A stretch of 64,000 nucleotides of DNA from Nageia nagi (taxonomy: Eukaryota > Plantae > Pinophyta): NCBI GenBank assembly GCA_050084985.1, contig JBITNC010000001.1, positions 170,438,001-170,502,000 of the forward strand, written 5' to 3'. Positions 13,505-25,743 of this stretch are shown one piece after another (position 1 is the first letter of the stretch; each line of letters opens with the position of its first letter). The notes under the pieces are model-generated. The model was not told the origin of the DNA. It saw only the letters and a list, made by a program, of their open reading frames with translations, and did not search any database. The translations under genes and the position numbers were made by a program.

Positions 13505-14085
13505 ATCTTTCCAGGGCCATTCTGCTGTAGAATATTTTTAGAGTCTAGGCTTGAAACCCTATGCTAGGGGTTTTAAAATATCATGGAGGATCTATCATTT
13601 TTGGCTAAGCACATTTTCCCATAAAGCTACATGTGAAGTGAGGTGCATAAAACTTTGCATCAATACCTAGGCCTTAGAAAAAACCTGTATACGAAATCAG
13701 ACTCCATGTACTGAAAGGTATATCGGAGACCATCTAGGAAAAAAAAAATTTGGAATTAGGTAGGAATCTATCGGTCGTTTGTAAATTGTAGTGCACCGAT
13801 AAGCGGTTAGCCCTGGGAAGTTACTTACCATAGAAGCCATCTTTGCATCCTCTTTCATTATGAAATTTGGATAGGAGGGGTGTTTAGGCGGGCCTACAGA
13901 GCAAACACACCTTACCCTAGTTCGATTTTTCCATAGAAAACCAAAAAAAAAAAATAACTTGGGAGGCATAAGGTGCAACAATAAATTAGTTCAGAGCTCA
14001 AAGTTCATAGTTCAGAATCATAGTATCTTACAGCAAAGCAGAAAGAAATCCAAAAAAAAAAGTGTAAAAAAAAAAACAAAAAAAA

Positions 14086-17000
14086 ATGGCTGAAGGGAGA
14101 AGATCTCAAGACCCAACCTTGAAGGATTTAGACCAATAGATTCAACAAATTAAATCTGCATTGGAAGGAGTAAATCTTAAGGACATGTTTGATGATTTGA
14201 ATGCAAAGTTATCAGGATTGGATCTCAAGTATAATGCCCTGGATAGGAACATAATCCAAATTCAAACATTGACATAATCAACACAATAGGCACAAACTTC
14301 ATCAGTAGGAAGTTTTAATCAAAATAGGAATACCTACCAATAAGCAGGTCCATAGGCATCTATTATTCCAAGAAAAACTAAGCTTGATTTTCCTAGGTTC
14401 GATGGAGAGGACCCAACTAGTTGGATCTATCGATATGAGCAATACGTTTCCTTAAACCAAATTCCTAAGGATCAAAAGGTTAGCATTTCTTCATTTCATT
14501 TGGATCTTAAGGCTGTTTAATGGTATCAGTGGTTTGAAAGAACTAATGGCCATCTTGATTGGGGGGAATTCATAAAATAACTACTAGTCAGGTTTGGACC
14601 AACTGTTTTTGAGGACTTCATAGGAGCACTCACTAAGTTATGATAGACATCAATGATAAGAGACTATCAGACCCAATTTGAGAAACTTGCAAATCATACA
14701 ATAGGGTTGGATGAAGCTTTTTTCAAAATTTGTTTTATCAGTGGCTTAAAGGAGGAAATTAAGATTGAAGTCAAAATGTTTAAACCTAATACAATGATGG
14801 AGGCAATAGGTTGGCAAAGTTGGCCAAGGATAAGTTCAATGCTTAGCTTCACTAAGGATGACAATAGTTTGGGAAACCACCCCATCATCCTCAAGCTCCA
14901 AGAATGGATCGACCACTACAAATTAAGAGGCTAACCCCATAAGAAATGGAAGAGGCATCGCAAGAAGGGACTCTGCTATAATTGTGATGAGAAGTTTGGA
15001 CTAGGCCATCGATGCACCACACAAAAATTGTACTTATTGAATGCAAATGCTCCCAGTGACCAATCTGATGATGAGGAGGTCAAGATAGAGGAAGAGGCCA
15101 CTGAAACTGGTAACACCAATGAAGATACTCCCAAAATTTCACTTAATGCTCTTACCAGAATTTCTTCTCCACAAACCATGAAGGTCAAAGGATCCTTCAA
15201 AAAGAAAACTCTCATTATGTTGCTAGATTCTGGAAGTACACACAACTTCATGGATCCACGAGTAGCACGAGATGTCAATTGCTACATACATCCTACCAAC
15301 AACTTTGAGGTAATGATTGGAAATGGAGGAAAGATAGCATGCAAGGGAACTTATCGTAATGTCAAGCTCAATATGGGTCACTACACCTTGAAGAGTGACA
15401 TGTATGCATTACCCTTGGGTGGATGTGACATTTTCTTAGGGGCACAATGGCTTAGAACTTTGGGACCAATCTTATGGGATTTTGTAAAACTTTGGATGAA
15501 GTTCACAGTTGGGGGACAAGAGTATACTCTCACAGGGTTACGAGTAGGACCTTCACTTGTTGTGAGTTCACATCATATGGAAAAGATCCTTTGTCGAAGT
15601 GGGAAGGGAATGATGGCCCAATTATTTTTTATTCAGTCCATGGAAGTAGAAGTGGAGGAGTCTAATGCATTGCAACAGTTGGTGGATCAGCATAAAGATA
15701 TATTTGAAGAGCCTACGGGGTTGCCTCCTCATCATTCTCATGATCATGCTATCCAGTTGATTCCTGGTAGTCTACCACCAAACATTAGACCATATCGATA
15801 TCCCTGCTTGCAGAAAAATGAAATTGAAAGGTTGGTCTAGGAAATGTTGGAAGCGGGAATCATAAGACCTAGTGTAAGTCCCTATTCTTCTCCTATGATT
15901 TTGGTTCGTAAAAAAGATGGTTCATGGCGGATGTGTGTAGACTTTCGAGCTCTTAACAAAATCACTGTGAAGGATAAATTTCCTATCCCAGTTATTGATG
16001 AATTGTTGGATGAGTTACATGGGGCCAAATATTTTTCAAAATTAGATTTGCAATCAGGGTATCATTAGATTCGACTCAAGGAGGAAGATATCCCAAAAAC
16101 TGCTTTTCGTACTCATGATGGCCATTATGAATTTTTGGTGATGCCGTTTGGTCTTACAAATGCACCCTCTACCTTCCACAGTTTAATGAATCATATCTTC
16201 CATCTATTTCTTAGAAAATTCATTCTGGTTTTCTTTGATGACATTCTGGTTCATAGCAAAACTTGGGAAGAACATGTGGCACATGTAGCCCAAACTTTAC
16301 AAATTATGCGTGCCAACCAGTTGTATGCTAAGGAGTCAAAATATTCCTTTGGGAAGATCGAGGTTGAGTATTTAGGGCATATTATTTCAGAGGAAGGGGT
16401 CAAGGTGGATCCCCATAAAATTCAAGACATGCAAAATTGGAGTGCCCCTAAGTCTCTAAGAAGTTTACGAGGATTCCTTGGATTGACTGGGTATTATCGT
16501 AAGTTTGTAAAAGACTATGGTAAAATAGCAGCACCATTGACAACCCTATTGCAAAAGAATGCATTCAGTTGGTCTCCTCAAGCAGAGGATGCTTTTAATA
16601 AGTTAAAAGGGGTAATGTGTTCTACTCCTGTCTTAGCCATGCCAGACTTTTCAAAAACATTTGTCATTGAAAGTGATGCTTGTGGTGTGGGAATTGGTGC
16701 AGTTTTGATGCAGGAAGGAAGACCTCTAGATTTTACCAGTAAGGCACTATCAGGAAAAAATTTGGGAAGGTCAACATATGAAAAAGAAATGATGGCTATC
16801 ATTCATGCAGTGCAATGATGGCGATTGTACCTCATTGGTCGACACTTCCTCATCCTTACAGACCATCATAGCCTAAAGTACTTCTTGGAACAACGAATCT
16901 CAACTCTTGAGCAACATAAATGGGTCACAAAACTTTTAGGGTATGATTATGACATAATGTATTGCAAGGGTAAAGAAAATGTGGTTGCTGATGCTTTATC

Positions 17001-18480
17001 ATGAAAATTTGAAGACCAACCTACCTTGTAAGATTTTTCTTTACCGGTTCCATAATGGATGGATATGGTTAAACAGGAGTGGCTTGCTGATAGTTCTATC
17101 TAGGAGTTGATTCAACAACTCAAAGTTGACCCTACATTGAAACCCCACCATACATGGAGTAATGAAATTTTAAGATTCAAGGGTAGGATAATGTTACCAT
17201 CACAGTTACAATGTCAAGAAGCGATACTACATGAATTGCATTCTACACCAGCTGCAGGACACTCTGGTTTCTTGAAGACCTACAAGCGCGTGGCTAGATC
17301 ATTTTATTGGGTTGGAATGAAATAAGATATCAAATAGTTTATAGCTGAATGTGATGTGTGTCAATGATAGATAGGGGAAATAATAGGCACTCCAGGCCTC
17401 CTCCAATCGCTTCCCATTCCAGAGCATACATGGACAGATATTTCAATGGACTTTATTGAGGGCCTTCCAAAATCACATGGAAAATCAATTATCATGGTGG
17501 TGGTGGATCGATTATCTAAATATGCACATTTCTATTCTTTATCCCATCCCTATAAGGCTGTCAATGTGGCTCAACTATTTATGGATAATATTTTCAAACT
17601 TCATGGCATGCCAACGACTATTGTCAGTGATCGTGATCCAACCTTCACTAGTCATTTTTGGAGGGAATTCTTTAAGCTTCAAGGAACCCAACTCAACATG
17701 AGTTCAACCTATCACCCCCAAATTGATGGTCAAACAGAAATTGTCAATAAGTGTTTAGAGACTTATTTACGTTGCTTTACTTCAGTACAACCAATTCATT
17801 GGGTAAAATGGCTCCCATTGGCTGAATGGTGGTACAATTCTTCATACCATTCCTCAATCAAGATGACTCCCTATGAAGCATTGTATGGACAGGCACCCCT
17901 TACAGTGTCATCTTATGTTGTAGGCAATAGTAATGTGCCAGCAGTCGATTCAGAGTTGATTAACCAAGATGGTATTCTTTGTTTGCTCAAGGAAAACCTA
18001 TAAGCTGCACAACACCATATGAAGCAACAAGTTGATCAACAATGAGTCAAGAGAGAATTTCAAGAGGGTGACATGGTCTTTTTACAACTTCAGCCTTATA
18101 GACAAAAATCCCTTAAGATCAAAGGACCACAAAAGTTGGCTCCAAAATTCTACGGGCCTTATAAAGTTCTTCAATGCATTGTACCTACTGCCTACAAGTT
18201 GGAGTTACCGACTGCTTCTAGAATCCATCCAATTTTTCATGCTTCTTATCTTAAGAGACTGGTTGGTTCCCAGGGACAGATTCAAACATAGTTACCAGAG
18301 TTAGCAGAAGATGGCTCCATGCTAATTGAACCTAAAAGAGTTTTAGCATGATGTTCCCGCCAACTTCGTAATCGTACTATTACTGAAGTTCTAGTGCAAT
18401 GGCGAGGATTGGAACCTGAAGATGCAACTTGGGAAGTGCTACATCAACTACAACCATAATTTCCTAAATTTAAGCTTTGA
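14086..18480 (+). pseudogene. Chromovirus gag-pol polyprotein pseudogene
   Basis: KLDFPRFDG (gag), CYNCDEKFGLGHRC zinc knuckle, LLDSGSTHNF protease, FFDD RT, SDACGVGIGAVL RNase H, MDFIEGLP/SDRD integrase, KFYGPY, and EVLVQWRGLEPEDATWE chromodomain. Mostly one frame, with many premature stops. Confidence 0.93.
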
Positions 18481-18497
18481 GGACAAAGCTTTGTTCT

Positions 18498-18510
18498 AAG
18501 AGGGGTGGCA
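18498..18510 (+). other. Polypurine tract
   Basis: AAGAGGGGTGGCA immediately before the 3' LTR. Confidence 0.8.
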
Positions 18511-18896
18511 TGTTAGGATCCCACATCCTAACATTTAATTATATTAGTAGTATACTTATGATGTAATCGGATTGTAATGTGAATACCATAATTATTAGTA
18601 GGGCGGATTAGGGTTAGGGTTAGTATCATATAAAGATGTTGTATGGCTTGAGAATGTCATCATTCAGCTCATATTTTTGGATTTGAAGTGTAAGGAGGAA
18701 GCCCCCTCGAAGCGGCCAACGATTCAGCTCTTATTCAGTAAAGCTATTGTGATTCAGTGTTTTCATTTGCAAATCGAGTTCTATTATTTATTGAATATTG
18801 ATGAGTTTTGCAGATCTGCTCTTATTTCATTGAAAAGCTGGAAATCTTGTTGTTGTTTTTGCATTATTTTATTTAAGATCTAGCAAAATTGTAACA
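18511..18896 (+). repeat. 3' LTR of chromovirus
   Basis: Direct repeat of 13105-13491 with TG...CA ends. Confidence 0.96.
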
Positions 18897-19077
18897 TATA
18901 TTATAGATTCCAATCAAATTCTCATTAGGAAGCTAGCAAATGAGTGTTAAGAAACTTAAAGGGTTCTTCATCTAAAGGGATACTCTATGAGAAGGGGTGC
19001 ATCCATCATCATTTAGTTATTTGGATGTCAATTATGTGGGAGATTCAAATGAAATGAAGTTTACTTTCAACTTTATA
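18897..19077 (+). repeat. Right copy of 181-bp direct duplication flanking the chromovirus
   Basis: Matches 12924-13104 with one mismatch. Confidence 0.95.
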
Positions 19078-19360
19078 CTTGATCAACAAAAAATAAGATA
19101 TTATTTCAATAGTTCCCATGAAATTGTAATATATTGCCATAACCCAAGTGTTAAAACCTTGTAAAGGAATCCCTTCCAACACTAACATATTGAGCATATT
19201 GAAATGTATATGAATTTTATTTGAGAGTTAATCATCTACATGAAGATCAAGCTAATATATCTTTGACCTTGCATAAATTTTTACCAAATCATTGGTTGAG
19301 GTAAAGTTCATGTGATTGGATGACCAACTTAGAGTTTCAAAGGTTTCCATTAAGAGGAGA
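19078..19360 (+). pseudogene. Old copia RNase H fragment and PPT (right part)
   Basis: HIEMYMNFI*EL-like remnant near 19195; TAAGAGGAGA PPT at 19351-19360 followed by TGTTAG. Confidence 0.6.
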
Positions 19361-20290
19361 TGTTAGGTCATCATGCTAACCTTCCTAAACTTCCCCAACA
19401 ATCCGACTATGAATTTTCTCAATAAGCCTTTTAAAGTTCCTCAAATACCTAAAACACACACACACAACATCATCATCATCATCAATTGTAAATGATTGGA
19501 ATGATCTCATATTAGCCGGTCTCAACTATATTATATTTAAGTACTTTGCACCTATAAGTTAAGCTTAGTTAACCCATGAGATTAGGAATTAGTGGTAGTG
19601 GTAAGTTACTTATACGTAAGGTTATTATGAGATGATCTAGGATCATCATCAAATATTTATAATAATTCTTCTTCCTTAGAGAAAATTGTAAACCACATCT
19701 TCTCCAAATAATGTTGCACATTCAAGGATTTCTCTACAATTTTAAGATTACATTCTTATTATAAATTTATTATGTAAGATGTTAATTACTATTGTAGATG
19801 TGATTGCTTGTGAATATAAAGAATGCTTTTCATAATTATTCAAGTACTCACTTATATCCTTGCAATAATTGACTAATATAATATTTGAGTATTAAGATTG
19901 ATTTTACTATTATGTGAGTTATCTACCCATCTTTTTTTATAATTTAATTTATTTATCAAATGCTAATATCATGATCTATGATATATCTTTGATGATATAT
20001 TTTTAAATATTTATTAATACTTATATTGAATGGTATCTAATTTTGACTTTCTTTGTTCCATCAAATTTATATACATCAAACATTTTAAAAAAATCAAGAA
20101 CACATATTAAATTTATTAACAACATAACAAAAATAGCAAATAAAAACTATTCAATTACATAAGTTCTTAGTCATTCTCTTATATAATATGAAGTTTTATT
20201 ATTTGATAAAACATTTATGTTTAGTTGATGTGCATGTAGAGTTGAAGATGACTAACCACATGAAGGTGTTGTTGGATAACGAAGAGAATT

Positions 20291-20296
20291 TGGGCC
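20291..20296 (+). promoter_or_regulatory. Possible site II element (TGGGCY) in the MDL promoter
   Basis: TGGGCC about 160 bp upstream of the ATG, followed by a GA-rich leader. A single short motif, so it may be chance. Confidence 0.3.
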
Positions 20297-20452
20297 TCTT
20301 TATACCATAGGAAAGGACACACTCCAATGGATCTTGATGCCACCTCAAACCTAGTTGAGAAACCGAAGGATAGTTAATACCAAGATAGAAACGTTCAATT
20401 TTTATAGCGATTGATTGAAAGAACAAGAGACAGAGAGAGAGAGCAGTACAGA

Positions 20453-20563
20453 ATGCCAACCCTGAATCTAAGCACAAATGTACCTGTGGATGGGGTGGTT
20501 ACCTCAGACATCCTCAAAGATTGCAGCAAGACTGTTGCTAGAGTCATTGGCAAGCCCGAATCA
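20453..20563 (+). CDS. MDL1: MIF/D-dopachrome tautomerase-like protein (MDL1-type), exon 1
   Basis: MPTLNLSTNVPVDGVVTSDILKDCSKTVARVIGKPES, with the catalytic Pro after Met; GT donor at 20564. Confidence 0.95.
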
Positions 20564-20663
20564 GTACATGCTATACCCTACACCCTTATATTTATATATG
20601 TATGAATGAATGACTGGTTTTGGTTTTGGGTTGTGGTAATTATATTGTTTGTGGGTGTTTCAG

Positions 20664-20864
20664 TATGTGATGGTGTTGTTGAAGGGAGGAGTGCCCATGT
20701 CATTTGGGGGGAGTGAGGAGCCAGCTGCATATGGGGAGTTGGTTTCAATTGGTGGACTTGGCCCTGCTGTCAATGCCAAGCTCAGTGCAGCCATTGCAGA
20801 GATTCTCGAGTCCAAGCTTTCTGTGGACAGCTCAAGGTTTTATATCAAGTTCTATGATTGTCAG
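20664..20864 (+). CDS. MDL1: MIF/DDT-like protein, exon 2
   Basis: TTTCAG acceptor; YVMVLLKGGVPMSFGGSEEPAAYGELVSIGGLG...SRFYIKFYDCQ; CAG|GTAGG donor. Intron 1 is 100 bp, phase 0. Confidence 0.96.
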
Positions 20865-21434
20865 GTAGGCTATGACCTATAAAATGATTTTTTATTTTAG
20901 TTTGTATTGATAACGTGGTTTCATGGCTAAGTTAAGCAACTAAGTTTTTGGGGCTATTCTGAACTTTGTATTGGATTGATAGAAATGTAACTTGTATTTA
21001 GATGGATTGGTAAGGCTCAATCTATAGTGATAATGGTCAGATAGGAGAGATCCAAAGAGCTAATTTGTGTGTAAGGGGACAAACCATTAAAAATTAAAAA
21101 AATGCTGTTTATAATAGGACTTTCAAAAATCTACCTTATCGCCTAAAATGTTCCAGTGTTATACTCCAGCAAAATAATAGGAAGGGAGAAGACAGAATTT
21201 AATGACCCTTCTTTTGGTCCAAGTTACTTGTTTTGCTATGGTAAGCAAACCATCTGTGGCTCTTAGGTTGCTACTAGCGTACATTGTCAAATAGAGAAAA
21301 CCTTCAAGATCTGGATATGACTTGATAAAAACAGACTTGCTTTCAACCTTCATTGTTAAGTTTTGATGTTTGCTCGGAAGAATATCAGCACCTATAAGTG
21401 CAGACAGAATATACTGAATTGCCAAATCTGTATA

Positions 21435-21495
21435 TACCAGGAATTAATTTTCCAAGGTCAGCTATTACCAGGAATAAGTTTCCAAGGTCAGCTAT
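21435..21495 (+). repeat. ~30-bp tandem duplication in intron 2
   Basis: TACCAGGAAT(T/A)A.TTTCCAAGGTCAGCTAT x2. Confidence 0.75.
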
Positions 21496-22999
21496 TTGTC
21501 ATTTCTTATCCTAGAACTTAGTTTAATCCTGCAAAGGAAAGGCACGAGGGGTTACAAGGTTCAGAAGTCCTATGTATGATCTAAGGAAACTCTTGGAACT
21601 CTCTTTAGTTACAGTACTATAAGAATGAAATTGAGAACTAAACTGACAATCTAACTAATATATGTTGGGACAGGGTAATAAATTGGTCTTCTTCACTTCT
21701 AATTAGCTGGAGCTAAATAACACCAGGGTCAATGCCCTAGGGAAGTGTCTAAAATGCGTATAATTTCAATGCTGAGAAACTTTTGAACATCTAGAAATAT
21801 GTGCTTACTGCAATTATCTAGAAACACATACTAAAGCCTTCCTCAAACTTGCTTTCACCTTTGGTAAGACAACGACCTTCAATGTTTAGCCAACATTTTG
21901 TGAGCTGCAACAAGAAAGAGGGCCTTCCGCTTCATTCAGCCTCAAAAGAGGCCAAGATAGAGGCTATAGCACAAATAAACCTCCATTATCTCATTGTGCA
22001 ATTTACCTACGTAGCTAGGATTTCAACAACACATTAGCACACATAGTTTGAATGCAAACCTTCAATTCTTGAAGGATAACATCTGGTTCATAGTAGTTAT
22101 GGGTTATTTGAGTAGCAGAGACTTGGTGAAGGTTTTGTGACTTACTTGGGTTCACAAAGTCTTAAAGTTTGAGGGTTTAGGCCTTATACATACCTCATTG
22201 TCATGTATTTTTCTAGGATTTTGGTTAATTTTGCTAATACACTTTCTGTTTTCTCACTGCATTCTTGTATGTTGCCTGATTGACAAAGAACTGACCTTTG
22301 TCTAAAAATTTCTGATTGCCAGCAATTATGCGAATCTTTAATCCATGGCATACTTAAGCTTTTACAAGTTTTTATAGAACGTTTGTGAGTGTTAGCATTG
22401 TACTTGGGAGTTGGTTTTGTTCTTGGTGCAGAACTAATTGTTTAGGCATCACGTTGAATAAAACAGCAGAATTAATTAGTATAACATCTGTTTGTCTGAG
22501 CTTAGGATAAATGGCTTATGCCACCTAGCAGTTGACCTGGGAGAGGGTGTGCTTACTAATATTACTTATAGAAAAAAGGATGATTTTTTCAAATTTCAAT
22601 TATGTGCTATATAACAAGGCAGCAGTCAAAAACAGATTTGATCATTTTAAGATGGGAATTTTTCCAACACTGATCTATGATTACCTTACTGTCACATGTA
22701 CATAAAGAAGACATTTTTATAGCAGCATCTTGGATGTGCTATGTGTCTTATGAGCTTCTAGTTGTACGGGTTGGAATCATCAATGCGCATTATGTGTTTA
22801 TGAATCTGACAAATGATGTGTCTGTGAACTTTCTTGATAAATTCACCATAGTGTCCTTGGATGTTAAATTCATGTCTTCATGGCTGTGGGTATTCACATT
22901 ATCAGCAATCAAAATAGAGCTGAATACGTTGGAGGGGCATATGCTGTATCCATTATTTATTAATTTCATGTTGTCTCCCTTCTGCATAGATTTTGCTGT

Positions 23000-23998
23000 A
23001 TGGCGGATCCTGATCCTGATCCTGATGCTGATATAGGAAGACACCCATATTTAGCTCTACAATCCTCAATACAGTTAGCCAATCAAGGTGTTAAACACTG
23101 TTGGTATGCACAAACCACTACTTTACTTCAATCTATTGGGCTGGACATCATGAGGGCCCCGCCTACTAGACTGCCAGTTATTGTTTCACAACCCACTTTG
23201 AATAAAGTAACTCGTGATGAGATAGATTTAGCGTATCAAAAGTCTACCTAGATTGAGCCAAAAAAATCCTGTCACTGAAGCTCTTCACTACTCCCATCTC
23301 TACCTTTAAATAGAGAATGGTATGATCATTACTCCAGATTATATTACCATGCAAATGTGTCAGTCTTAGATTCCCTTTAGCCCAACTACGGTTAAGCTCT
23401 CACCACGCATTGAAACAGGTCACCACCTCTCCAGAGATCAGCTTACATGCAAGTTATGTAACCTTGAAGTGGAATGAGAGGAACATTTCATTTTCACTTG
23501 CCCTGCATACTATGAGACACATGGTTGATATTACTGCCTATTCCAAGACACCTATACACTAAATCCCTAGATAAATTATGAAGACCAAAGGTGCATAGCC
23601 CTCTTTATCTAAGAATTATTTAATCTCAGAAAGTCATACTCAGTAGCAGATCCAAGAAGTATAATGACTTCAGACGTATCCCCTCCTTCCATCCCCAGGG
23701 ATCCATGAATAGGAAGCGCCTGGTTGAACACAAAGACACGACGAGATCAACCTGGACTCCAACTAAGACCATTAAAGGCTCGAATGATTATTAATCTTCA
23801 GTTTTCATCCTACAGGAGACACACCTCATGCTAGTTGAGAGTTTCCTATTTTATTTTGCTCATTTCTCTATTTATTCCTTTTTTCTAGAAGTTGCGCTAA
23901 GCACTCCAAATACTTTGTATCTATCCTACCATACAATCCCATTGACCTTTTTGGCCATCTATGGACATTAATATATTTCTATTTCTATTTTTATTTCT
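23000..23998 (+). mobile_element. 5'-truncated non-LTR retrotransposon 3' end (RTEX/CR1/L2-type)
   Basis: AQLRLSSH..IETG..TCKLCNLEVE*EEHFIFTCPAY, a CCHC motif at about 23380-23512, then a 3' UTR and a (TATTTC)n-like tail at about 23974-23998. 5' boundary approximate. Confidence 0.75.
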
Positions 23999-24087
23999 CT
24001 TCAATATGCTATCCACATTTGGTCTGCAAGGCTGCAATATTGGCTAGCAATGAACCACTTTTTAACTTCTTTTTGGAAACATCTATC

Positions 24088-24940
24088 TGTTTCACTTGTA
24101 AAGCACAAAGATCGAACATTAATCGTCATACCCTGCAAGCAAACATAAAAAATGGAAGGCTTAAATACGCCAACATATGGTGCAGTCCTACAAGACTAAA
24201 CAAATGATATTATTAATTTTTATTTGGAGCTGCCGTTAAGAACACTCATCAAAGGGATTGGTCAGCCCTAACATCCATTCAAGGTTTTACACAAGATTTT
24301 CACAAGAAAAATAAATCTTAACATGAAAAACAAACAGAACTGACAAGTTATACCTTCGTTTTACCGTCTGTCTGGTTGAATAGTGCTGACTAGTCATAGA
24401 TCTCCACAATGATAGCTTTAGAATGCTTTGAGGAAGATTTGTGCAGAGCTTTGGTGCTATGGCAATAAGCTGGCTGTGTGGTGTAACATTACTTTTTCTT
24501 CCGGATGGAAATGGAAGAGTGCAAGGTCTATTTTCTAGACCCATAAGGCCATGCTGACTGGGAAGCCAATTGGCAGTCAGTGGCCCAATTTTAGGGTTTG
24601 TGGATGAGGAGTAGTGCTAAGGCTTACTGGAGGAGTGGCAAGGTTGATTGGGCTAACAAGGAGAGAAGTTGGTGAGTCAACAAGCACCATGATATGTAAC
24701 GAAGACAGGATGAAATGGTAGCTGGTAAAGATATGTGGGTAATGATTAAGAGGTTGACAACCTCAAATTCTGTGTCAGGGAAAATGTACTTCGGTTTTGA
24801 AAACAGCCATGCATTTTTGAAATGACTAGGCATTTTTACCCCAAGTCAAAAAAATGTTAAGGGTTGATCAAGCATGAGTGAGATGAACTAAGACTTTGGG
24901 TGACAATAGACAATAAAGGGTGAGGATTTGGGTGTCTACA
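24088..24940 (-). mobile_element. Solo LTR (853 bp) in MDL intron 2
   Basis: TGT...ACA termini with a perfect 5-bp TSD CTATC (24083-24087 and 24941-24945). The minus strand starts TGTAGACACCCAAAT, a gypsy-type LTR start. Confidence 0.85.
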
Positions 24941-25469
24941 CTATCATTTGACTAACACAGCTTAAGTAGCATGACATTCAACTAAAAATATGATGAACGC
25001 ATGAAAGGCATTCCTTGACTATAGTTAACACTCAATGAAGATGTAAACATGTCATCAAGCAAAGAAAAACCAAGCAGAAACAAGAAACATAGTATTAGCT
25101 ATTTGGTGTCTTCTAGGTGACCCGAAAAAACTGGGAATAGAATTATGTGTAGCAAGGAGGATCTTATCACTGTGTCTTCAAGTCAGGGCATTATGATAAT
25201 TTTGGGAACAAGAACAAGCTTCTAGTGGACTCCACTGATAACAGAGGTTAATTAGTTTTGACTTGTCACTGAACCATAATTGATAGCATATAAGATCTGG
25301 TTCTGTTAGATCGATTTCGGTTACTTGATTGGGTTTCAAAGGTACAGATTAAGCTAAATGAATATGAAGATTGAAATTTATGATAGATGGCTTAGATCCA
25401 AATGTGACCTTGTCTTATTTTTCTCGAAGACCAAAATTTTTGTTAATACTTCTGTGTTGGAATTGGCAG

Positions 25470-25505
25470 GGATCATACTTTGGCTTCAGAGGCTCTACAT
25501 TTTAG
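25470..25505 (+). CDS. MDL1: MIF/DDT-like protein, exon 3 (stop)
   Basis: GGCAG acceptor, then GSYFGFRGSTF*, matching the MIF/MDL C-terminal ...G.(N)GSTF. Spliced product is 115 aa; intron 2 is 4605 bp. Confidence 0.92.
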   Translation, partial: GSYFGFRGSTF

Positions 25506-25743
25506 GTGTGGAACTTATATTGTTATTTTCATGTTCTATTCGACAATTTAAAGAACAATATGTCTTCCCGATTGTTTATCACTGTACTAGCAGATAGTTT
25601 GTCATTTCAGATGTCAGCAGAATTGATCTTCTATTAGTATTGTCTCTTACAAAGACTAATTTGTGCAGGTGGTAGGGGGTGCTGTTACAAAGATTTCTTA
25701 TAATCATCTAGTGGTCGTGCAGTAAGGCTAATGTGGACGGTAT

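Larger units (their letters stand above)
13105..18896 (+). mobile_element. Full-length Ty3/gypsy chromovirus (Reina-like), 5.8 kb, inactivated
   Basis: TG...CA LTRs at 13105-13491 and 18511-18896, PBS, PPT, and gag-PR-RT-RH-INT-chromodomain order. Short LTRs and small size fit the Reina lineage (lineage call is inference). Confidence 0.96.

Noticed and set aside
20411-20882. ORF-track proteins 20411-20605 and 20649-20882 as separate genes
   Set aside because: They are exons 1 and 2 of the single MDL gene read through into introns.
22677-23251. Intronic ORFs (119 aa; MADPDPDPDAD...) as nested genes
   Set aside because: They span a (GATCCT)n stutter and the LINE fragment junction, with no independent gene signals.
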